DNA of 64,000 nucleotides from Mayamaea pseudoterrestris (taxonomy: Eukaryota): assembly GCA_027923505.1 (NCBI GenBank), contig BROI01000002.1, positions 1,550,001-1,614,000 on the forward strand, given 5' to 3'. This document shows, piece by piece, positions 33,240 to 43,433 of this stretch. The translations under genes were made by a program, and so were the position numbers. Positions within the stretch are counted from its first letter, which is position 1; the number at the start of each line of letters is the position of its first letter. The notes below the pieces were generated by a model. That model was not told the origin of the DNA. It saw only the letters and a list, made by a program, of their open reading frames with translations, and ran no database searches.

Positions 33240-34751
33240 GGGGCGATGTTAGCGGACGGTGTTTCGTCGTTTCGTTGTTTCGTCGCACCACGAAACACCA
33301 AAGAACCCGGAGATCTTCCGTTTGGAACGACGAAACGAGGAGACCGCCGTCGTTTCGTCGCTCCGTCGTTTGATCATCTTAATTACTATCATCTCGCTTG
33401 ATCCCGCAGCCCAAATGCACCAGAAACATTCAATAACAATACAGATGATTTATGTGGAGTTTATTGCGCGTTTGAATGCTCTATAAAGCCTTGAAAGGCA
33501 AAAGATTCACCTTCACACCAAACACCGCGATGCACCACGCACTGTCGCGTGCGTCGACGACTCATGTTTCTCCAGGCTAGTACCATCCAGCGCTCATGCA
33601 ACTGCTTCATTGGCCTCCAAGGGGCTACTTACTTGACCAAAATGTGTGCAAGGATAGCGCAATTGCGTGCCTTTTGCGTTGTTTCCAGTGAGGCCTGCAT
33701 GGCACGGTCGGCACGTCGGCACGAACGGTCTATATGCTCACATTTCCATCAACTATCCTCCTTCCAAGCAGGTCAGAAGCAAGTCAAATGTTCCTACCAA
33801 ATACCGCTGACAAGAGCAAGCAAGACTGATCGCATTCAGTGTGAGCCGCTTCAATACGCATGCATTCCAACGTTCCGTCATCCATCATGCATTCCATCTC
33901 TTTGAAATCAACTCTCTGCATTGAGCGCAAGGCTTTCATTTGATATGCATTGTATGTTTGGTTTCAAGCGCTTTATTGAAAGCTTTGATGGTTTTGTCCA
34001 AACAACGCTGGTCAAAAGGTCAAAGAATCTCAAGTTTTGGCGGCAAGTGTGACCTAACGTAGATGGGTAAACCATGCAATAAGCAGATTAAGTATGCGTT
34101 ACGCTATTGATTGATACCTTCTCTCGTAATCCTCAAAAGATCCATCTATAGAGATCCAAAGGATCGGCTTGTGATTCAATAGCTAGAATACTCCTTGTCT
34201 TAGAGACGTCGTACCGTGATGTCAGCTCAAAGTGGTCGTCTTGCCGACGTCGAGCTTGTCGTCCCTTCAATGAGTCAAATAATGCAACAAGCTCCTTCTA
34301 TAGATATTAGTAAATTTAATGTTATTACGCCTACTGATGTTACAAACCGATGTTATGATGGCAAGTTCCAACAACAAAAGCGCGACAAAACGCGTTTGTC
34401 TTTCATCAACTTGTATGGCGTCCGCCACGGGAACAAGAAGGAATTTGGCCGTCGCTTTTTCACTATGCAATATCGAGCAATATAGAGAAGCCACCTGGCG
34501 AAACAGAATGTTAATAGCTTTAATAAGAAGCAAGATATGCACTGGTTTGTGCGGGACCATTCTATGTCGCTTTGATCGTGGGATTTCAGTCCCAGAAATT
34601 GAGAGGGTTAAATATTGATGACGTGGAATGCCGTTTTGGCATGAACCAATGAAACGACGAAACGACCGCTAACTCCGCGGCGCGCGTTGTTTCAAACGAT
34701 GAAACGATGAAACGCGCAAAACGACGAAACACCGCCCGCTAACATCGCGTC
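33240..34751. mobile_element. Non-autonomous DNA transposon (~1.5 kb) with terminal inverted repeats and a candidate 3-bp TSD (TGA)
   Basis: 33243-33272 (GCGATGTTAGCGGACGGTGTTTCGTCGTTT) matches the reverse complement of 34719-34748 at 29/30. TGA occurs at 33237-33239 and 34752-34754. Subterminal GAAACGA/TCGTTTC repeats at both ends; no intact transposase ORF inside. Confidence 0.82.
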
Positions 34752-34988
34752 TGATGTTGTTGTGACGAATCAATGACGTTTTGTGAGTGCCGGTACGAAT
34801 TCATGCCACACCCCATTCAGAACCGTAAGTATTGCGTTTTAACAAGACTCAATAAGGTTCATACGTCAGTGGCGCGGCGACGCGGCGAGGCATCATCGAC
34901 GCTTTCGCAGCCGCGCATCGTTCCTTCCTCGTTCATTCACTTGGCACTTGCTCGACATTCTTCAACAACCAACCTTGTGTCAAGTAGA

Positions 34989-36031
34989 ATGAAACTCACC
35001 AAGTCAGCAGTTACTTCATTCATGCTGCTCGCGCAAGCCACTGCATGGACGTCGCGGGTCGCCGCCCGCAACGGCTTCTCCAGCGTCTCTCGTCACGTTG
35101 CGCGACGCTCCCTTGCCGCCGCCGTGCATCTGCACTCGACGACGGCTTCATCCACCTCCAGCATCACAACCAATGTCATTGGAGAGGAGCAGACGGAAAG
35201 CTTTCGTCTTCAGTTCAAGCAGGGTGAAACGGCGATTAGTCCATGGCATGACATTCCGTTCAAGAATGACGATGGAACTTACAACATGGTGCGTCGGTAT
35301 TCAGCGACTGGTAGCTTGTCGACGCGCAATACAACGAGATTAGAAACTTGACTTCTTGCTGTAAACGATGCAAATCAATCAAAAACATGAGCAGATCTAT
35401 TTTATTTGCAATCTAATTTGCTTTCTGATCAATTATTCCATTCACCCATTTTACTCAGATTGTCGAAATTCCCAAAATGACAAAGGCCAAGATGGAGGTC
35501 GCCACCAAGGAGGCTTCCAATCCCATTGCGCAAGATTTAAAAAAGGGAAAGCTGCGCGACTACCACGGACCAATCTTTTGGAACTACGGCTGTTTGCCAC
35601 AAACGTGGGAAGACCCCAGCGCCAACCACTTTGAACTCGTCCATTTTGGCGATAACGATCCCATTGACATTATTGAAATTGGTTCCGCGGCGTTGCACAT
35701 GGGCAGCGTCAAACCAGTCAAAGTGTTGGGCGTCTTGGCCATGATTGACGACGGCGAATTGGACTGGAAGGTCTTGGCCATTGCCACGGATGACGCGCTC
35801 GCCGAGCAATACAATGACATTCACGATGTTCCAATGGCGATTCAAGCGGGCATTCGGGAATGGTTTCGCTGGTACAAGACACCGGACGGCAAGCCACTCA
35901 ACGCGTTTGGATATGACGAAAAGTTCATGGGCAAGACAAAGGCGGAGGAAGTGATTGAGGAAACGCATGAGGCGTGGAAGAAATTAAAGAGCGGGGAGAT
36001 TGCTGCCGGCAAACTGTGGCTTGGAGATTAG
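34989..36031 (+). CDS. Soluble inorganic pyrophosphatase (family I), probably plastid-targeted
   Basis: Exons 34989-35288 and 35459-36031. Motifs ISPWHDIP, VEIPK, NPI.QD.KKG.LR, WNYG.LPQTWEDP, GDNDPID and DDGELDWK. Presequence ...AQATA-W. Confidence 0.95.
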
Positions 36032-36288
36032 AGTAGATAGTGTATAACTGTAAATCATGACAGTCGATCTAATATGTAATGATTTCGGAGTTGAGCGTCG
36101 AAGGTAAACAGTGGAATTTACCGGTAGCCTTTCTGTCGATAATTGACCTTTTGATAACGTAAACAATAGTAAAACGACTATAACACAAGGAGAGATTAAA
36201 GCTTAGAGTCAGCTCTTGGCCCCTCCATTACATGCGAACGAAAATAGGCCATCCTCAACCACTACACGCACCACCTTTGTAATAATGT

Positions 36289-37246
36289 TTACAATTCATG
36301 ATGCTCCTTGCCGCAAATGTACTCGAGTACCTTTGGCAGCGCCGTCTGCAGGCTCACCGACGCCGCCGCCAAGTTTTCCAAAAACTCATCCTGCGTCGGC
36401 CTGTCTCCATCCACAATATCCGTCACCACCTTGATTCCAATGAATGGCTTGTCTTGCAGCTCGCAGCTCCACACAATGGCCGCCGCTTCCATATCCTTGA
36501 CGGACGCTTCGTTTTCCAACATCAACTCGTGATCTTTATCGGTGGCATCCAGCGAGTTTCCCGTCGTGCAGATGCCCATTTTGAAGTTTAGTTCCTTGGC
36601 CATGTTGCCCGGATGAATGCGCACACAGGTATCAACACGCCCCACACCATACTTTTCGAATCCCGGAATGGGAATGCGCCGATCGTGGTGCGCCACGGCC
36701 GATACAACGTAAACGTCTCCAACAACAGCGCCACGTTGCGCAAACCCGCCGCAGGTGCCCGCGTTGATCAAAACGTCCGCCTGCGTCGCCTCCAATGCCA
36801 GAAACGCCGCCATGGCGGCCGGCACCGTGCCGCAATTGTCAACTCCCGTATGATAGACGGTGTCCTTGCCATTGGTCACAACCGTCACTGTATGTTGCGT
36901 ATCCAAGTACTTGCCCTGGTAGCCAGTAAACGGCAAGTGCGACGGAAACAAGGTGTCGTTGCGCTTCAGCTGCAAGTGGTCAATCATGGGTTGCGCCTCG
37001 GCCTCCATGGCCACGAGGACGAGGACGCTGATAATACATGTTATAGTAGAAGTAAAAGTAATAATGAAGAGATTTTTGGAAGAGGGGTAGAAGAGGTATT
37101 TTGTAATGAGCGAGATTCATGCAGAAAGACGACTTTTCTTCCGATGCAATTCTGCATTCTGCAACGAGCATCACAGTCATCCCGCCATGGCAATACTTGA
37201 ATCATCCATTAAAGACTTACTGCGAGATTGCTTCATTGGACGGCAT
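36289..37246 (-). CDS. MTN: 5'-methylthioadenosine/S-adenosylhomocysteine nucleosidase
   Basis: Micro-exon 37246-37221 (MPSNEAIS), intron 37220-37028. Exon 2 has VAMEAEA.P, INAGTCGG, TGNSLD, KDMEAAA and KVVTDIVDG. Confidence 0.92.
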
Positions 37247-37477
37247 GCTGTTAATGTATGGAAGCAGCAAGGAAGTTAAGAGTCGATGCAGCATTTGATA
37301 TGGCCGATGGATCGATCCAAGCGCTGCCATGGCCGATCGCAGCGACGCAATGATGACGTCATAAGTACCGCTCCGACCCGAACACGTTTCAGACAGCTGG
37401 TCCACTCGCCGGTTTGGCACCATGGCTGCATCTCACATTGTTTGTCTCATCCTGCAAGTCGCCATTTTCACACAGTA

Positions 37478-39474
37478 TGAATGATCGAACTCGTCGCATG
37501 GAATACACGAATGACAAGAATGGACGCGACGGTCTCATGCGAGACGCTTTCCACGACAACGATCTCGAAGGCATGGAACTGCCAACATCAACGAGCGACG
37601 GACTCTTGCGCTCCAAAAGCAATCCACTGGAACTGGAGTTGCAGCCATTGACGCGAGACAATGAGAATGGAATTATATTAGAAGACAATGACCAAAATTA
37701 CTATCATCCAGACGGCAAGCAGCTTCCATTCGTAGGAATCACTAATGATGACGACGATCCATCACATCACTTCATCATCCGCACCACCTACTACCAATTC
37801 ACTATCCTCTCACGTGGAGACAATCACTCGAAAACTATCTATATCCCCCACACTTGCCTCGCTCCTGCCAGTTGCTGCGCCCCGAAAACGTGGCCGTGCC
37901 CGCCTGCTACTTGTTGGTCGGACTGCTGCAGGGCTTGTCGAGTCCATTGATCAATGTTTTGCCGCTCGACTTGGGCGCCACGGAGGCGCAGCAAACGACT
38001 CTTTCGAGCATTCGCAGTTTGCCCGCGTCCTTCAAACTGGCGTTTGGCTTTGTTTCGGATACCGTGCCACTATGTGGCTACTTGCGCAAGCCGTACATGA
38101 TGGTGGGGTGGTGCGTGGCGAGCTTGGCCATGCTGTGGTTAATGCTGGCGAGTGATTTATATCAAGTGAGACCGCGCAACAGTGGGTGTTTTCAAAATAA
38201 TAGTCAAGATGACATTAATAGTGGCGAAGTGCGATACGACGACGACGCCAGTAGTAGCTCCTCCTCGTATAACAACATTCCACTCAACGCACCCAGCATC
38301 CCGTTGTTAGGCATGACCATTTTGCTGTTTGGCACTGGCTTTTGGATGGCCGACGTCATGGGCGACAGTATCGTGGCGGAAAAAGCCAAGCTCGAGCCAC
38401 CCGAGGCGCGGGGCAGTGTGCAGTCGAGCTGCTACGCCTACCGCTTCTTTGGCGTCATGGTGGCGGCGCCGCTGTCGACTTGGATGTACAGCAAGTCGGG
38501 GCCCTTTTACGTGGTGCTACTGCTGTCGCTACTGCCATTGTGTATACTGCCGTTGGTGTATTTGTTAAAGGAGGAGAAACATGCAATACGCCCGTCCACC
38601 AAGGAGCAGTGCTTGGAGATTTGGAGAACCGTGTGCAGTCGCGCCGTGTGGCAGCCAATGGGCTTCGTCTACTTGTACAATGTCATGCAGGTGGGCAACG
38701 CGGCGTGGCGGGAATATTTGGTCACGGTGCTGCACTTTACGTCGTGTCAATTGAATTTAATGTTGATTGCGGCGTATGTGTTGCTGTATTTTGGTATTGT
38801 CTCCTACAAGCAGTGGTTCATTACCTGGAGCTGGAGAAAGGTTTACATTGTCACAACCTTTTTGAACGGGCTATTTTCCGCGCTACAAGTGCTGCTCATC
38901 AAGGGAATCACCTTTGGTTTGAGCAACTTTTGGTTTGCCCTGGGAGATGATGCATTCTCCGAATTCATCGCAGGTAGGTGAGATCAAGTGCAGTAGACAA
39001 GCCTTGAATGTGTCATTGAATTTGCCATACTCACGCCCATTGCCTTATTATCGTATATCAGGTATTCAATTTCTGCCAACGACCATCATGATGGTTCATC
39101 TCTGCCCGGCCGGGTCGGAGGGGGCAAGCTACGCCATGTTTACCACCGTCAACAATAGTGCACTCACACTAAGCTCCGCACTGTCCACCGTGTTGTTGGG
39201 CATTTGGGATGTTTCGCGGCCAACTCTAGAAGCTGGACAGCTGACTGGCATGGTCAACCTTACGTACTTGACAACGTTTGTGCAGGTGGGTGCCATTTGC
39301 TTTGTCGGCTGGCTTCCCGCCTTCAAAGACGACTTGACGGCTCTCAAGGATGATCAGCATCGTTCGCGCGTGGGTGGTGCTATCTTTTTGTTCATCACCG
39401 GAGCGAGTATCTTGTATGCGGTGGGTGTGGGCGTGCTAAACATTGCCTTTCCTGGATGGATGGGCGAGTCTTAA
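37478..39474 (+). CDS. Folate-biopterin transporter (BT1 family, MFS); frame discontinuity near 37750-37800
   Basis: Motifs LPASFKL.FGF.SD..P..GY.RKPYM..GW, ADVM.DS..AE..K.E....RG..QS.CY, and CP.GSEGASYAMFTT..N. Intron 38974-39061. The 5' part lies in a different frame. Confidence 0.88.
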
Positions 39475-39601
39475 TAAATTTGAACGAAAGGTATCATTTG
39501 TTAAACACGTAATTTATTATCTAGAAATGCATCTCTAAGTAAAACGTAGTATGTACAAAAAGGTGAGCGTTGCCTGCACAATGATGAGTCATGCTGCATT
39601 G

Positions 39602-41660
39602 CTACCACCGAAACGAGTCTTTCGACAAGCGCTTTCGCTGTCTCGTGTCTGTTTCGTCTGTAGTCTTGGCATGGTGCGCCGCAAGGGCGGCATCGAGAGC
39701 CAGCAATCCGCCGCCGCCGCCATCGCCTGGCTTGTCGTACGGCATGGCGAGCTGGGCGTCGTAGGTGGCTTGCGACGAATTTCCGTACGTCATGCCACCA
39801 CTTATGGAACGCAGCAGCTGCTGCGGGTGTAAGAGTTGTTGTTGCTGCTGCTGCCCGTCCATGAGTGAATACTGCGACGGCGCCAACATTTGTTGTTGCT
39901 GTTGCTGTTGTTGATTCTGTAGGGCGTACTGGATCCTTGCGGATTCGTCCAAGGCAAGCATGCTCTGGTTTGAAAAATCCATGGATATTTGAGACTCGAG
40001 TTGCGTTTGTGGCAAGCCCATTTGATGTTGGAACATTGGTCCGTTCATGACCATTTGCGATTGCGTATATTGATCAGTTGACAAGGAGGCCATGGAGAAT
40101 TGCTGTTGCGACGAAAAGTCGCCATTGTACATTGCATTCAGCTGTTGCTGCCGCTCCTGCTCCTGGATGAACATTTGCTGAATGGGCGTATACAACGCTG
40201 CTGCTGGACCAGCGTAATTCCCACTCCCATCAGCACTCATCATGACGCCGCCTCCGTGTTGGCCAAGCGGCATGCCCTGCTGCTGTAGGCGCGCCTGTTG
40301 CAGTTGCTGAATCATTTCCTCCTGCTGCTGAATGTTGCGAATGATTTGCTGCTGCTGTGCGAGTAGTTGGGATGTGAGAAGGTCCTGCATCTCGCGGTGA
40401 GTCGCTGACGATTCGGATGTTTCTACTAGCTGGTGATTCGAGGTTAGACCATTGTTATTCAAGTAGAAGTTGGTCGTCGCAGCAGCTGCTTCCTGTCCCA
40501 TTAGCAGCTGCTGCTGTTCCGGCTGCTGCTGCTCAAACTCGAAAGATGCATTTGCTTCATTGGCTGATGGCAACGATTGAGCAGTCTCCAGCGATTGCTG
40601 CTCCATCAAGTCTGAGGAGGCTGCTTCCAGTGGCACGCTGGCTAGCACCAGGCTCAGTGAATTGTTGGTAGTCGTAGCAGCAGCCGAAGACCTTCGAATC
40701 GGCCGCAACATTCCGGAGCGGGCAAAGTCAATCTTATCTGCTGCATCGGCATCTGTGGATGAAAAGCTTTCCGCTGACCCATGCGTCAGGAGAATGTCGC
40801 GCAAAGAGCCATTACCTTGCTCGCCGCCTAAACTTCGAGGCTTGATGTTACCAGTGGAGCGTCTCCTTTGACGCGGCGAAAACGAGTCTCGACCATTGGA
40901 AGGAATGCACGTTTCATTTGCTGCTGCAGCAAGCACTTGCTGCTTGCTCTTGGCCTGCAGAAACTGTCTCGTAATGCTGCGCGCGATGCGCTGGAGGCGC
41001 CATTTGAGCGTGTCGCGGTTGCGGTAGTCGTCCAGCGATGCGGCTTGCTTGTAGAGGCAGGATTCCAGCTTGCGCGCCTTGTGCGGCAGTTCCTGCAGCC
41101 ACTGCTCCGTCAACTGGGCTCCCTGCTTGCGCGCGTAGAGTAACTGGGAGCTGAATGAATGAGTGTATAGGAGGCACTAACATGTGAGTGATGAAGGATA
41201 AAATCAAAATTGGATCGGATGATACCTCGCACGACAGGAGGCTTTTGGGAGGAAACTGCTGGCCCATTCACCTGTACCAAAGGCACCCACGAATCGACCT
41301 TATACACTTTCCCAGCTTTTTCTGCTCATTTGTCTCAGCAACGTACATGTCAATCACCATGCGCTGACGTTCGGGTCGATCACTTTCGGCGTCGTGCCAT
41401 GAGCAACCATTGGATGATGGAGCTGCAAACGCGCTCTGCGCCAGCTCCCGAAAATTGTGATAGGAATCGCTGCTGCCATGCGCAACATTGTCGAGCAACA
41501 ACGAGTTTGCTTCTTGTTGATTTTGCTGCGGCGGCTGGGGCTGCTGATGTGTGTCATTCCCATCATGATCGCTCCTCGTCACATCAAAGAATCGCTCGTC
41601 CATCTCTTCCTCATAGTTGAGGATCAACTCGTCATGTTCTGCTTCCTCTTCCTTCTCCAT
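39602..41660 (-). CDS. Gln-rich transcriptional co-activator-like protein with a KIX-like (Med15/HAC-type) domain
   Basis: Exons 41660-41347 and 41150-39602 give WH...D...RQRMV.DI.QLL.ARK....WL..LP.KA.KLE..LY..A.SLDDY....TLK.RLQ. Extensive polyQ tracts follow. Confidence 0.8.
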
Positions 41661-42210
41661 TGTTACACTACTCGCAGCGTGTAGATTCTTCTCATCAAAC
41701 ATGTAGTTCAACGGCTTCCGCTGTTTCAGTTTGTCTTGCAGTGAATGATTACAAGGTAGAGAGACTCGCAAGCTTGGCGGCGGGACGCGCATACATGCGC
41801 GGACGAAAACGCCGACGGTTCAGTCGCAGTTTTGTGACTTGGAATGGCGGCGGTGCGGTGCGTCGGTAGTGGACGGAATTCTGGGGGCAATATCAAATCG
41901 ACGCAGCGAAACTGCATAGGCTATAGTGTCGCAACAGATTTGCTGGCGTGTCATTGAAGTTGTGACTCGGACAGTCCACGCGTGGCGTGTCTGACTGTGA
42001 GTCACAGATATTGTCGTTCCGATAAAAGCCGCAGCGGCACTCGGCAAAAGCTTCGCAGCTGGATCCCGGTACGATGTAGTCGTATGCGAGAGCCAATGCC
42101 AAATGCATCGAGCATTGTCACCATGAGAAGCTATCCGTGCGAGAGCGGCGATTTGCCCAGCCTTTCCCGGCGTGACGGATCTATGAGCGGAGCCGACGAA
42201 CGCTCCGGAG

Positions 42211-43015
42211 ATGAGCGACGCCATGATGCTCATGCCTCCAGTTGTATCAAACATTGACGATGCCAGCAACTCTTCGTCCACAAAGACCTGGGACGAACTT
42301 GCTGCCAAACAAAAGACCTGGATCCGTTCATCTCATTAGTCCGTCTTCCGCGTCATTTGTTGTTTCAAACCTTTCGGTGATGGAGTCGCCCTTCATGGAG
42401 GTGATTGACATGTTGCTGACTGGCAAGAGCAACGAGGAAGAGCACTTGTGTTTCTTCGTGAGATGGTCGTTGATCTAATGACAGAAGTCGATCATCTGAA
42501 GCAAGATTTGGATAATAGCATGCGTGGTTCGTCTGGAGCCGGAATCATTTCCAATAAGAGTTTATTTCCGCTGTTGAGCAAGACGAAGGATGCGAATCCA
42601 GTTGCTGCGGCGAAGAAGAAAATCGCTGACATGATCGAACAGCGAGACCAGCTAATATCGGAAGAAGAAGCGACGGAAATGGTCATTCAGCAGTTGACCA
42701 AGAAGATTGAGGAGCAAAATATTCGCAACTCCATATATGTTGCGTCAATCAAAAAGCTCGAGAAGCAACTTGAACCCCAAGACGGCGTGTCGAGCGCGCG
42801 GCTCCAAGATTGTCGAGTTGCAGACGGAACTTGACAAGGTAAAGGAGCAACAGAAGAAGGAGGAGGAGGACAAGATGCTATCAAAGCAAACAATGGCCAA
42901 GGAAAACGCAGTTTTGACGAAACGTGGGGCACAGTTTGTGCTCCTGGTGCGTACGATTGCTTCATCGCCTTCCAAGCAGGGCGACAGAATTGCCGCCTTT
43001 ACAAAGAGGTTTTGA
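42211..43015 (+). pseudogene. Frame-broken coiled-coil gene (probable pseudogene)
   Basis: Protein-like text switches frame: ...NEEEHL | FLREMVVDL...LEPQDGVSSAR | SKIVELQTELDKVKEQQ. No obvious introns explain the switches. Confidence 0.55.
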
Positions 43016-43433
43016 CCAAGCCTTACGCTTCCAAATTGTCAAAAATGGAAGTGTATAGCGCTGGTTGCGCTATTATTGTGCTTGTCAATGAAGTAAAGCA
43101 TGATTGATTGAGTGTTGAACTACTCTCATACCGTAGGAGACGATACATGACATTTATTAAGCTGTTTTTAGAATGGCAACCAATGATTATTTGGCTGAAT
43201 CGCACCTGTCTGCCCTGTATAAGCGACGACCTTGACTGTTGAATATCATTATGTACAATAAGCAAGGGCTGAGGCGCACCTGGTGGAGGCTTCTTCTGCC
43301 ATAGTTTGCCAGGCTATTAGAGATTACCTACTCCGTGCTCAATGCACAATTAGTGTGATTTATAGATGATGGTATACAAAACTATGTAAGCAACTACCCA
43401 ACGTAGCATGAAAAAAGGGCCCACGCATCACTC

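Noticed and set aside
33549..34618. Transposase remnants inside the TIR element
   Set aside because: The short ORFs show no convincing DDE, Myb/SANT or hAT dimerisation motif.
37012..37014. GTG start for MTN suggested by the ORF track
   Set aside because: An upstream 26-nt ATG exon (37246-37221) with a canonical GTAAGT..CAG intron joins in frame.
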